Below, piece after piece: positions 41,436 through 50,687 of a stretch of 61,359 nt of DNA. Origin of the DNA: Candidatus Bipolaricaulia bacterium (GTDB taxonomy: Bacteria > Bipolaricaulota > Bipolaricaulia > RBG-16-55-9 > DRXL01); contig JBKBIX010000001.1 of assembly GCA_046293845.1 (NCBI GenBank), positions 1 through 61,359 of the forward strand, in the 5' to 3' direction. A program made the translations under genes and the position numbers. The notes beneath the pieces were generated by a model that was not told the DNA's origin, ran no database searches, and was given only the letters and a program-made list of their open reading frames with translations. Each line of letters begins with the position of its first letter. Position 1 is the stretch's first letter.

Positions 41436-42538
41436 CCGTGCGCCGCGCGCTCTTTGTCTTAAAGCTCGTTATCTTTATAGTCTTGGCGCTCTCGCTCGTC
41501 TTGCTCTATTTGCAAGGGCGGGTCGCAGTCGTCCAAGAGGAACACTATCTCTTGGGTACGTATTTTAGAATAAAAGCCCAGAGCCGCTCCCACGACCAAG
41601 CGCAGCGCGCCGTGCGTGAAGCCTTTGCGGAAGTGAGAAGACTCTCCGAGGAGTTCAGCCGGACCGGCTCAGGATCGTTAGGGGAGCTCAATCGTCGCGG
41701 GTGCTGCGCACCTGTACCCCTCTCCGACGACGTGCTCACCGTCTTAGAAGCAGCGCAAAAGTATCGCATACTGAGCGAGGGCGCGTTCGACCCAACAATC
41801 GGGAAGATCGTCGATCTGTGGGGGTTCACGCAAGACTGGGATCGTGCGGGCATGGGGCGTATCCCCTCTCGCGAAGAGCTTGAGCCGCTGGTGAAGGAGC
41901 CGCGCCAGATCTCTCTCGACATGGCGACAAAGACAGCGCGGCTCTCCAGCGCCAATGTCGAGATAGATCTTGGGGGCATTGCCAAGGGGTATATCGTTGA
42001 CAAAGCTACGGAGATTCTCAAAAGATACGAGCTGGACAGCGCGCTCGTCGACGCTGGCGGGAATATTCGGGTCTTCAATGATCGTCCGAGAAAAGTCTTA
42101 TGGTGGGAGGATCGGCGGCCATTTCGCATTGGGGTGCAGCATCCTCGTGATGAGTCGAAGATTCTAGAGATTTTAGAGATTTGGGGGGATCGCGCCCTGG
42201 CAACATCGGGGGATTATCAGCGCTGCTTTTTCGCGGACGCTCTGAAAAATATATTCCCGTGTCGCTACGCGGACGAACCCGATAAGATTCGCTATCATCA
42301 CATCATTGATCCCAAGACAGGGCAGCCAGCACGGGGCTTGATCAGCGTGACGATTTTAGCACCGACGGCGATGGAGGCCGACGCGCTCAGCACGGCGGTC
42401 TTTGTGCTGGGTGAGCAAAAAGGACTTGCGCTTGTCGAGAGTTTGCTCAACGTCGAGTGTATTCTCGTGACGGAGGATAGGCGCATCATAGTGTCGTCGG
42501 GGTTGAAAGATCTAGACTTTCCGGTGCAGTTACCATGA
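41423..42538 (+). CDS. apbE: FAD:protein FMN transferase
   Basis: ApbE motifs AFDPTIG, IDLGGIAKGY, TSGDYQR and HIIDPKTG. Confidence 0.85.
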   Translation: MDRLTVRRALFVLKLVIFIVLALSLVLLYLQGRVAVVQEEHYLLGTYFRIKAQSRSHDQAQRAVREAFAEVRRLSEEFSRTGSGSLGELNRRGCCAPVPLSDDVLTVLEAAQKYRILSEGAFDPTIGKIVDLWGFTQDWDRAGMGRIPSREELEPLVKEPRQISLDMATKTARLSSANVEIDLGGIAKGYIVDKATEILKRYELDSALVDAGGNIRVFNDRPRKVLWWEDRRPFRIGVQHPRDESKILEILEIWGDRALATSGDYQRCFFADALKNIFPCRYADEPDKIRYHHIIDPKTGQPARGLISVTILAPTAMEADALSTAVFVLGEQKGLALVESLLNVECILVTEDRRIIVSSGLKDLDFPVQLP

Positions 42539-42927
42539 GCGAACTCCTGCGTACCGTGAATCGCTATTTGACAAGGGGCGACTATCTCGTGATTGCTCTC
42601 GTTCTGGTGGGAGCTGCGGCGACAATCCCCCTGCTGCACCGGAGCGCTGAAGCGTCTGGGCGCTGGGCTATAGTGCGCTTGGACGGACAGGTCGTCCATC
42701 AGCTCTCGCTCGCGCAAGATCAAGAAGTGACGGTCACCGGCCCTGCGGGCGAGACGGTGATTCAAGTGCAGGGCGGGCGTGTGCGGGTGCTGCGCTCCCC
42801 CGGAGCCCAAGAGATCTGTATGCGCCAGGGCTGGATCCACAAGCCCGGCCAAGCTCTAATCTGTCTACCCAATCACGTCACCATAGAAATCCCTGGAGAT
42901 TCAGGAATTGACGCGATCTCACGATGA
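42535..42927 (+). CDS. NusG domain II-containing membrane protein (DUF1312)
   Basis: 130 aa with an N-terminal TM helix, then a beta-rich domain ending in CLPNHVTIEI. Confidence 0.7.
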   Translation: MSELLRTVNRYLTRGDYLVIALVLVGAAATIPLLHRSAEASGRWAIVRLDGQVVHQLSLAQDQEVTVTGPAGETVIQVQGGRVRVLRSPGAQEICMRQGWIHKPGQALICLPNHVTIEIPGDSGIDAISR

Positions 42928-43472
42928 CTCCCTATACGCGCAGCACGCTCCCAGAAGTTTGGCTCTTGAAGCGCATTCTCTTCGCGGCGCTCTTAGCGTT
43001 GGGGATCGTGCTCTACGTGCTCGAAGGGTTCTTCCCGCCGTTGGTGCCGGTGCCGGGAGCTAAGCTGGGGCTCTCGAATATATTAGTGCTCTTCACGATG
43101 CTCTTTCTCAGCTACGGCGCGGGGATCTTTCTGGCGATTGCCCGCAGTATCTTGGGGAGTTTCATCGCGGGGACGCTCTTTGCGCCGGGGGCACTGCTGA
43201 GCCTTGCTGGAGGGGGAGTCAGCGCCCTCGTCGTGGCGTTCAGCCTGAAAAGACTGCGCCCGCCGCTGGGACTTGTGGGCGTCAGCATCTTAGGCGCGAT
43301 TGCTCACAACGTCACGCAGCTTGTCGTGGCGTATTTTCTCTTCGTGCAGATCAATGGGCTGTTTTATTATCTGCCGTTCATGCTGATATTAGGGTTGATC
43401 AGCGGGCTGATCACGGGGCTGATCGCTGTCTATCTCTTTGAGCGCTTGGGACGCGAGCTGGGGTTGTCTTAA
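42924..43472 (+). CDS. Gx transporter family protein
   Basis: 182 aa with about 5 TM helices and the motif GAKLGLSNILVLF. Translationally coupled to the two upstream genes. Confidence 0.65.
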   Translation: MTPYTRSTLPEVWLLKRILFAALLALGIVLYVLEGFFPPLVPVPGAKLGLSNILVLFTMLFLSYGAGIFLAIARSILGSFIAGTLFAPGALLSLAGGGVSALVVAFSLKRLRPPLGLVGVSILGAIAHNVTQLVVAYFLFVQINGLFYYLPFMLILGLISGLITGLIAVYLFERLGRELGLS

Positions 43473-43509
43473 TTACCCCTCGTGATGGGACCCCCGTCCT
43501 TGGGCTTCA

Positions 43510-43794
43510 ATGGATAAGCAACTACCCTTAATTTTGACCATGGGCAGATCTGTACTCGTTCTGCTTATCGCTGGGCTGGCCATCTGGTACATCTGGCAAG
43601 GCTGGCAGATCACGGATCTGTCAAGCAAAGTGATCGCGAGTCGCTTGGAGCGCGACGAACTGCTCGCCCAGCGAGATCGTCTGAAACTCGAGGTCATCCG
43701 AGTCTGGTCTTTAGAAAACATCGAGCGCATCGCCACAGAACGCTTAGGCATGAAGAAAGTGACCCCTAAGACTCTGAAACTTCCACCGCCATGA
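43510..43794 (+). CDS. ftsL: Cell division protein FtsL
   Basis: 94 aa with a single TM helix plus a coiled coil. Lies immediately upstream of the division PBP and overlaps it. Confidence 0.6.
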   Translation: MDKQLPLILTMGRSVLVLLIAGLAIWYIWQGWQITDLSSKVIASRLERDELLAQRDRLKLEVIRVWSLENIERIATERLGMKKVTPKTLKLPPP

Positions 43795-45473
43795 ACCGAC
43801 GGCTCACTGTAGCGTTTGTTTGTCTGATAGGCTTCTTCGTGATCGTCGCTGGTCGGCTCGTGCAGTTACAGATCGTTGAAGCTGACCAGTGGAGAGAATT
43901 AGCGCGGCGCTTCCAAGAGGGCACGGTGACGATCCCCGCGCTGCGCGGGCGCATCTACGACCGAAACGGCGTTCTTCTCGCTGAAGACGTCCGTGCCGTC
44001 TCCATCGCTATAGATAACTATAATATGACCCGCCCCGATCTGCTCGAAGGGCTCCTTGTCGCTCACTTAAAAATGCCGAGGGCGACGGTGCGCGAGAAGC
44101 TCTATCGCCCGAGCTATTTCACATGGATTGCCCGCGCAATCTCTCCTGAACAAGCCGAGGCTTTAGAGAAAGCCGCCCGCGACGCCGGCGCTCGAGGGCT
44201 TATCTTCTTAGAAGACCGGAAACGCCAGTATCCTCATGGGGATTTGGCGTCCAACGTCATCGGTTTTACGGGGATTGACGGCCACGGCTTGGAGGGCATC
44301 GAACTCGCGTTTGACGCGGAACTTCAGGGCACAGAATCCATCTGGAGCTTCGTGCGCATGGCCGACGGCACCCAGATCGAGCGCCGCCAGATCCAAGCCG
44401 GCAGACCCGGACGCGATCTCGTGCTTACTCTCGACAGTCGTATTCAGTATATTGCTGAAGGCGCGATCTCTCGCGGCGTGCAAAAATATAGGGCCAAGGC
44501 GGGCATCGCCCTCGTGCTCGACCCGTGGACGGGAGAAGTTCTCGCTATGGCCCAAGATAAACGATACGATCTCAATAGTTTTCAGTCGTCGCGCCCTGAG
44601 CAGAGACAGAATCTCGCGGTCGTGTACGCATTTGAGCCGGGGTCGTCGTTCAAAGTCTTTACGATGCTCGCGGCGCTGGAGTATAACGTTATCGCGTTGG
44701 ACGAACGCATCTCCGGGAGTGCGACCTATCAGATCGCCCATCACACTTTCAGAAACGCCGATGGCCGCGAGTACGGCATGGTCACCCCCACAGACGTCAT
44801 CAAGAACTCTATTAACACCGCGATGATTCGCATTGCTCAGCGCATTGGGGAAGAACGGCTCTACGAGGCTTTAAGAAAATATGGGTTTGGGCAGAAGACG
44901 GGGATCGAGCTGCCCGGCGAAGTGTCGGGCTATCTGCCCCCTGTGCACTCGTGGTCGGCGCTGGAGATCGGCTCGATCGCGATTGGGCAGTCCATCTCGG
45001 TGACGGCAATTCAGTTGGCATCACGAGTCGCGATGATCGCCAGCGGGTGCAGGCTTGTGCAGCCCCATATTGTGCAAGCTTCGCTTCATCGTACTGCTGC
45101 AGGCGGCAGAACGGCGTACAGTCCAGATGAAGCCCGGCGCAGCGTGTCCGAAGCGAGCTGTCGCCAGCTGACCGAGATGATGGTCGAGACGGTGCGCTCC
45201 GGTACGGGGGTCTTGGCCCAGATCGAGGGATACCCTATCGCGGCCAAAACGGGCACAGCGCAAAAAGCCATACCCGGCCAAGGGTATGTGAAGGGCAAGT
45301 ATGTCGCGTCGTTTGAGGGATTTTTCCCCGCAGACGCGCCGAAGTATCTGATCTTAATAGTTCTAGACGAGCCCGGCGGGCGAGAGTACTACGGCAGCGA
45401 GGTCGCCGCACCGATCTTCAAGGAGATCGCCCAGCAGCTTATCGCTCTAGATCGCATTCCCCCTACAGAGTGA
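43791..45473 (+). CDS. ftsI: Penicillin-binding protein 2 / FtsI-type transpeptidase
   Basis: SxxK (GSSFK), SxN (NSINT) and KTG (AKTGTA) motifs, plus an N-terminal TM helix and a PBP dimerisation domain. Confidence 0.85.
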   Translation: MNRRLTVAFVCLIGFFVIVAGRLVQLQIVEADQWRELARRFQEGTVTIPALRGRIYDRNGVLLAEDVRAVSIAIDNYNMTRPDLLEGLLVAHLKMPRATVREKLYRPSYFTWIARAISPEQAEALEKAARDAGARGLIFLEDRKRQYPHGDLASNVIGFTGIDGHGLEGIELAFDAELQGTESIWSFVRMADGTQIERRQIQAGRPGRDLVLTLDSRIQYIAEGAISRGVQKYRAKAGIALVLDPWTGEVLAMAQDKRYDLNSFQSSRPEQRQNLAVVYAFEPGSSFKVFTMLAALEYNVIALDERISGSATYQIAHHTFRNADGREYGMVTPTDVIKNSINTAMIRIAQRIGEERLYEALRKYGFGQKTGIELPGEVSGYLPPVHSWSALEIGSIAIGQSISVTAIQLASRVAMIASGCRLVQPHIVQASLHRTAAGGRTAYSPDEARRSVSEASCRQLTEMMVETVRSGTGVLAQIEGYPIAAKTGTAQKAIPGQGYVKGKYVASFEGFFPADAPKYLILIVLDEPGGREYYGSEVAAPIFKEIAQQLIALDRIPPTE

Positions 45474-46257
45474 AAACCGCGCTCATGCGGTCACGGGGAG
45501 CTACCGCGACCGTCACTTCCGTCCCGTTGAGGTGCTCTTGGACGGTCTGCAACGCCAGCGTCGGACGGTTATTGTTCTTGCTCAGATGCATCAAGACGGC
45601 GGTGCGCAGTCGCCCCTTGTGGGAGAGATAGCGCAATGTTTGGCCGGCAGCGTCATTGGAGAGATGCCCAAAGTCGCTCAAGATCCGCTGCTTGAGGTCT
45701 TGCGGATACCAGCCGTTGAGGAGCATCTCGATATCGTGATTGGCCTCGAGCATCACGAGATCGCATCGCGAAAGCTTTTGTCGGATCTCATCCGTCACGG
45801 TTCCCAAGTCCGTTGCTACGGCAATGCGCTTGTTGATGCCAGCAAAGAGAGATTCTTCTTCGATGAGAAAGCCACACGGCTCGGCAGCATCGTGCGGAAT
45901 ACGAAAGGGTTCGATACAGAGATCGCGAATCTGGAAACTCTGTTCTGGCTTGAACGAGAGCAGTTTTTCTCCGCCAGTCAGGAGCGGCTCTACGAACGGC
46001 GCGGTGCCCTCGCTCGCGTAGATCGGGCATTGAAGAGCGCGCGCAGCCCTGCCCACCTCTTGAATGTGATCGGTGTGCTCGTGGGTGATGAGGATCGCAT
46101 CAATGCGCGGCAGCAGCCCCAGAACTTTTTCTAGCCTTTGCAGAATCTGACGTTTCGAGATGCCCGCGTCTATGAGCAGCCGTGTCTGCTCAGACACTAG
46201 AAGAGTGCAATTGCCGCTGCTGCCGCTTGCTAACGAGACGACGCGCATAGGGATCAC
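45463..46257 (-). CDS. MBL-fold metallo-hydrolase
   Basis: ITHEHTDH metal-binding motif; 264 aa. Confidence 0.8.
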   Translation of the reverse strand: MIPMRVVSLASGSSGNCTLLVSEQTRLLIDAGISKRQILQRLEKVLGLLPRIDAILITHEHTDHIQEVGRAARALQCPIYASEGTAPFVEPLLTGGEKLLSFKPEQSFQIRDLCIEPFRIPHDAAEPCGFLIEEESLFAGINKRIAVATDLGTVTDEIRQKLSRCDLVMLEANHDIEMLLNGWYPQDLKQRILSDFGHLSNDAAGQTLRYLSHKGRLRTAVLMHLSKNNNRPTLALQTVQEHLNGTEVTVAVAPRDRMSAVFTL

Positions 46258-46260
46258 TTA

Positions 46261-47529
46261 TTACGCATAGAGCCCGCGGGCACGGGCTGCTGTGGCTACC
46301 CGGTCTAATGCAACACAATAGGCGGCCGTGCGCAAGTTCGTGTCCTCGCGCTCGCAAGCTGCTTGCACTGCTCGATACGCCCGGCTCATAAACTGATAGA
46401 GGAGCTTGTCTACACGCTCTGCGCTCCAGCTATAAGCCTCATAGCTTTGGACCCACTCGAAGTAGCTGACGATCATCCCGCCAGCATTAGCTAAGATATC
46501 CGGCACGACGAGAATATTGCGCTCGTGCAGAATCTTATCGGCTTCGAGGGTCGTCGGCCCGTTGGCGATCTCTACAATAGCTTGAGCTCTCACCGAGCCC
46601 GCGTTCTCTTCCGTCAATTGATTTTCAATCGCTGCGGGGACCAAAAGATCGCAGCGCAGGGTGAGCAAGTCTGTGTTGGAGATGTTTTCCGTGCCGGGGA
46701 AGTTGCGGACGCTCCCTGTGCTGCGCTTGTGCTCAATCAGTGGGAGAATATCCAGACCACTCTCAGCGAAGACGCCTCCGGAGGAGTCGCTCACGGCGAT
46801 CACCCGTGCGCCGGCTTCGGAGATAAATCGCGCGAAGCTTGTCCCTGCATGACCAAAGCCTTGAATCGCGACCGTCGCCCCTGCAATGGGAATGTCGAGG
46901 GATTTGAGCACTTCTAGGGCTATAAAAAACGCACCGCGCCCGCTGGCTAGCTCTCGCCCCACAGAGCCTCCTAAGAGGAACGGCTTCCCTGTGACCGCTG
47001 TAGGCATGAAGCGCCCGTGCGCGTGCATGCTGAGCGTGTCGAGCATCCACGCCATCTCCCGCTCGCTCGTGTACAGATCGGGTTCGGGGATATCTCGCTC
47101 CGGGCCGAGCAGAGGGGCGATCTCCGCTGTATAGCGTCGTGTGAGGCGCTCCAGCTCCCCCACAGAGAGCGCTTTGGGGTCGCATTTGACGCCGCCCTTG
47201 GCCCCGCTGAACGGTACGCCCACGAGCGCTGCCTCCCACATCGCTAAGATCGCTAATGCTTCGATCTCTTCGAGTGTGATGTCGGGGTGATAGCGCACCC
47301 CGCCCTTGCACGGCCCCAGTACAGGGTGACACTGCACACGGTAGCCCTCAAAACTGATAGTGCGCCCGTCATCCTTGGGCACTGGGAAGTGCACGATCAA
47401 CTTGCGCTTGGGATAGCGCAAGAGCTCTCGTAGAGACGTCTCTAAGCCCAGCCGCGCTGCGGCCTCATCGAAGAAGTGCTGGGCCGTCTGGAGCAGTTGA
47501 GCTTCGGAGCGTCGCTGGATCTCACGCAT
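46261..47529 (-). CDS. gdhA: Glutamate dehydrogenase (Glu/Leu/Phe/Val dehydrogenase family)
   Basis: GPCKGGVRYH catalytic-lysine motif and Rossmann motif IQGFGHAG. Confidence 0.9.
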   Translation of the reverse strand: MREIQRRSEAQLLQTAQHFFDEAAARLGLETSLRELLRYPKRKLIVHFPVPKDDGRTISFEGYRVQCHPVLGPCKGGVRYHPDITLEEIEALAILAMWEAALVGVPFSGAKGGVKCDPKALSVGELERLTRRYTAEIAPLLGPERDIPEPDLYTSEREMAWMLDTLSMHAHGRFMPTAVTGKPFLLGGSVGRELASGRGAFFIALEVLKSLDIPIAGATVAIQGFGHAGTSFARFISEAGARVIAVSDSSGGVFAESGLDILPLIEHKRSTGSVRNFPGTENISNTDLLTLRCDLLVPAAIENQLTEENAGSVRAQAIVEIANGPTTLEADKILHERNILVVPDILANAGGMIVSYFEWVQSYEAYSWSAERVDKLLYQFMSRAYRAVQAACEREDTNLRTAAYCVALDRVATAARARGLYA

Positions 47530-47532
47530 ACG

Positions 47533-48093
47533 TTAGAGCGCGTATACCCACCACAGCAAACCGACCAACGTCTTGGCATCGTGAAACTGTCCCGAGCGCA
47601 TCATCTCGTGCACTTGAGCGCGCGTATAAAAACACACCTCGATCTGCTCGTCTTCGGCAGCGTGGCTCTTCAGAGCAGGCTGGACGTCCTGCGCGAGATA
47701 GAGCCACATCTTTTCTGTGCAGAAGCCCGGCGCGGTGTAGAACGTCTGAATGTGCTTCCAGCGGCGCGCCGTCAGCCCGGTCTCTTCGAGAAGTTCGCGC
47801 TGCGCGCATGCGAGCGGCTCTTCGTTGGGCTCAAGTGTCCCCGCAGGAATCTCTAACAAGAACTGTTCGGCAGCTTTGCGAAACTGCCGGACGAGCGCGA
47901 CCCGCTGTTCGTCGCCTTCCCCCTGAAGAGCAACGATAGCGACAGCGCCGGGGTGCTCGACGATCTCGCGGGTCGTGTGTTGCCCCCCTTCGAGGGCGAC
48001 CTCGTCTACCCGCACTTTTAAGAGTCTTCCAGCAAAGACTTGCTGCGAAGCAATCGTTCTCTCACGCACGGTCTTCTCCCTCGTCGCTCTCAT
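47533..48093 (-). CDS. NUDIX hydrolase (ADP-ribose pyrophosphatase-like)
   Basis: Nudix box GTLEPNEEPLACAQRELLEETG. The internal ATG at 48093 is chosen as the start; the upstream extension overlaps the S1 gene. Confidence 0.8.
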   Translation of the reverse strand: MRATREKTVRERTIASQQVFAGRLLKVRVDEVALEGGQHTTREIVEHPGAVAIVALQGEGDEQRVALVRQFRKAAEQFLLEIPAGTLEPNEEPLACAQRELLEETGLTARRWKHIQTFYTAPGFCTEKMWLYLAQDVQPALKSHAAEDEQIEVCFYTRAQVHEMMRSGQFHDAKTLVGLLWWVYAL

Positions 48094-48610
48094 CTTCAGT
48101 TTCTGGGCCTTCCGTAAGAGAAGCAGCTGGGGCATTTTCTGCGAGCTGCTGCCAATCGGGAGCGTAGAAGCGCATCCGCCACTGCTGATGGCGCTCCAGC
48201 TCGCTCTTCTCACGCTTCATGCTAGCGATCCATGCCGCGAGCGACTCCCGTGCCGGCCGCCGCTCCCGCCGCGCAATGAGCTCTTTGACCGACTCGTCCA
48301 GCACGGCGAGGCGCTCGTCGAGCGCCTTCTTCACTTGCGTCACTTCGTTGTGGAAGAGCGCCGCATCGTGATCCTCCCGCGAGACCCTTTTCAGCGAGAG
48401 ATTGTATTTCCCCTCTTCGTTGCGCCCGATGACCTTCACGACAACTTTCTGCCCCACCGTCAGATACTGTGAGATGTCGCGCACGTATTCTGTAGAGATC
48501 TCCGAGATGTGAATCATCCCTTGATCACCTGTGACCAGGCGGACGAACGCCCCGTAGGGCTTGATCGCCGTGACTTCGCCGACAACGGCTTCATCATGTT
48601 GCAGCTCCAT
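48062..48610 (-). CDS. S1 RNA-binding domain protein
   Basis: S1 OB-fold segment GEVTAIKPYGAFVRL...GMIHISEIS. AGGAGGGCG RBS before ATG 48610. Confidence 0.75.
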   Translation of the reverse strand: MELQHDEAVVGEVTAIKPYGAFVRLVTGDQGMIHISEISTEYVRDISQYLTVGQKVVVKVIGRNEEGKYNLSLKRVSREDHDAALFHNEVTQVKKALDERLAVLDESVKELIARRERRPARESLAAWIASMKREKSELERHQQWRMRFYAPDWQQLAENAPAASLTEGPETEDESDEGEDRA

Positions 48611-48659
48611 ACGCCCTCCTTTCTGTTTCCTCAACCATCTTTCTACAGTACAGGTTTGT

Positions 48660-49562
48660 CTAGGTCTGCGCAACCCTATTAGCTATGATCGTCGCGATCA
48701 CTTCCCTCAAGGTGTGCGGGCGAAAGCCGAACTCGTCCTCGATGACCGTCAAGCTCGACGCAATATGATCCCGTGAGAGGAAGTGCCCCGGCACGAAAGG
48801 CGTCTTTACCCCAAGACGTTCCAACCAACGCACGCAGAATCGCGTCGCTCGCCGGGGAAGATAAATCACACGCTTCTCTATCTGTAAAGCTTCTAAAACG
48901 GTGCGGACGATCTGGTCATACGAGAGGATCTCTGGGCCGCCAAGAGCCAGAATTCTCGTATCATATCGGTCGGTTGAGATCGCCCTCAGAATGCATTGCA
49001 CAAGGTCGTGCACAGAGATCGGCTGAAATCTTGTGTTCCCAGAGCCGACGATGGGCACGACCGGCCATCTCTGCGCCATCCGAAGAATACCCCCCAAGAA
49101 CGGGTCACCCGGCCCGACGATCACCGAGCCACGCAAGATCGTATAGCACAGGGAACTCTGCCGAATACTCTGTTCGGCACACCACACAGAGTGCGCATAG
49201 GGCCAGCGCGGTCTAGGAGCCGCTGTCACCGTGCTCAGATAGAGAATCTTTTTCACTTGCTGGGCTTGGGCAGCGTGGACGAGCCGCGCCGTCCCGTCGG
49301 CGTTAGTGCGTCGGATCAAGGAGGGCATACCCTGATGCTGTGACGCCAAGTGTATAATAAGCTCAGCCCCCCCTAGAGAGCCTCCCCACGTGTGGGGATC
49401 GAGCAAGTCCCCTAGAACGATCTCACACCCCAATGCTCGTAAGAGTTTTGCTTTTTCAGCTGAGCGCACCAGACACCGGAGATGATGGCCGTCGCGCAGC
49501 AGCGCGGGCACAAGATGCCGCCCCACAAAGCCCGTCGCCCCTGTGAGAAAGATCTTGGCCAT
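48660..49562 (-). CDS. NAD(P)-binding SDR/epimerase family protein
   Basis: Rossmann motif FLTGATGFVGRHL; 300 aa. Confidence 0.75.
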   Translation of the reverse strand: MAKIFLTGATGFVGRHLVPALLRDGHHLRCLVRSAEKAKLLRALGCEIVLGDLLDPHTWGGSLGGAELIIHLASQHQGMPSLIRRTNADGTARLVHAAQAQQVKKILYLSTVTAAPRPRWPYAHSVWCAEQSIRQSSLCYTILRGSVIVGPGDPFLGGILRMAQRWPVVPIVGSGNTRFQPISVHDLVQCILRAISTDRYDTRILALGGPEILSYDQIVRTVLEALQIEKRVIYLPRRATRFCVRWLERLGVKTPFVPGHFLSRDHIASSLTVIEDEFGFRPHTLREVIATIIANRVAQT

Positions 49563-49632
49563 AGCGCAGCTATTATACCCTCACTTGAATCAGTCAACCC
49601 CGACAGACTATAATGCTTTTGGTGATCCCTCT

Positions 49633-50190
49633 ATGGTGGACAGACATATCGTTGAACTCAAAGCGCGGATGGACAAGACCATTCAGGTCTTCGAGCACGA
49701 GCTCGTGAAACTGCGTACCGGGCGCGCTAACCCCGCGATGGTCGAGGACGTCAAAGTAGACTACTACGGCACGCACACGCCGCTCAAGCACCTAGCGCGC
49801 ATCACCGCTCCAGAGCCGGATCTGATCGTCATTCACCCCTTCGACAAGACCCAAGTCCATGCGATAGAGAAAGCTATTCAAGCAGCAAATCTGGGGTTCA
49901 ACCCCACGGTGGACGGCGAGCTGATCCGCATCAAAATCCCACGGCTGACAGAGGAGCGCCGCAAGGAGCTCTCAAAGATCATTCACGACAAGGCCGAGGA
50001 GTCCAAGGTCGCCCTACGCAATATCCGACGGGAGATCAAAGAGCAGCTTGACAAAGAGAAAAAGGACGGGAAGATCTCCGAGGACGACCACGACCGCCTG
50101 ATGAAAGAGCTTGATAAAGTGACTCACGAATACACAGCGAAGATAGACCAGACCGCACAAGCCAAGGAGAAGCAGCTGCTGACCGTTTGA
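49633..50190 (+). CDS. frr: Ribosome recycling factor
   Basis: LRTGRANPAMVEDVKVDYYG and ERRKEL motifs; 185 aa from ATG 49633. Confidence 0.9.
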   Translation: MVDRHIVELKARMDKTIQVFEHELVKLRTGRANPAMVEDVKVDYYGTHTPLKHLARITAPEPDLIVIHPFDKTQVHAIEKAIQAANLGFNPTVDGELIRIKIPRLTEERRKELSKIIHDKAEESKVALRNIRREIKEQLDKEKKDGKISEDDHDRLMKELDKVTHEYTAKIDQTAQAKEKQLLTV

Positions 50191-50215
50191 CAAGGGGAGC
50201 TGAAGAGGGTACAAT
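50187..50215 (+). promoter_or_regulatory. Promoter of the V/A-ATPase operon (TTGACA-17-TACAAT)
   Basis: TTGACA at 50187-50192 overlaps the frr stop codon. TACAAT lies at 50210-50215, leaving a leader of about 155 nt before ATG 50375. Confidence 0.5.
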
Positions 50216-50374
50216 ATATAAAACGCTGCTGTATACTCTCAAGAAGAGAGGTTTTTCGTTTACCGTGGAGACGTCAAGCAAAGGTGAAGAGATCGCCCCG
50301 CCTCTTCGTGCGGGGCAGTCTGCCCCGGTCTGTCAACTCTCTCCGTCTATTCCCCTTAGAGAAAGGAATTGCTT

Positions 50375-50686
50375 ATGGTAGACGTTTTGGAGCGCATTCG
50401 GGAGGCTGAAGCACAAGCGGAGCAGATCAAAGCCGAGGCGCGGCGTCAAGCTGAGGAAATCCTCGCGCACGCCCGTCAAGCAGCGAGCGCTCTTCTAGAA
50501 GAGACCAAGCGCGCCGCCCGCGAGGAAGGAGCCAAACTGATCGCCGCTGAGGAGGCCAAGGCCCTCAAAGAGGCCGAAGAGATCCGACGTCGCGGCGCGC
50601 AGCAGGCTGAGCACATTCAGAAAGAAGCTGCAGCAAGACTTCCAGCCGCGGCGGAGCGTGTCTTCAAACACGTGGTGATGCGCTAG
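50375..50686 (+). CDS. V/A-type ATPase small peripheral-stalk subunit (G/H-like)
   Basis: About 103 aa, all-helical and rich in A/E/R/K. First gene of the operon, as in the Thermus atpG position. Confidence 0.65.
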   Translation: MVDVLERIREAEAQAEQIKAEARRQAEEILAHARQAASALLEETKRAAREEGAKLIAAEEAKALKEAEEIRRRGAQQAEHIQKEAAARLPAAAERVFKHVVMR

Positions 50687-50687
50687 T

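Noticed and set aside
48094-48213. 40-codon upstream extension of the NUDIX ORF (and 48611-48673 for the S1 ORF)
   Set aside because: The extensions are low-complexity and overlap the preceding gene. Internal ATGs give normal-length proteins, and the S1 gene has a strong RBS at its internal start.
49543-49632. 30-codon N-terminal extension of ribosome recycling factor
   Set aside because: It overlaps the divergent SDR gene start region. Frr homology and normal length (185 aa) begin at ATG 49633.
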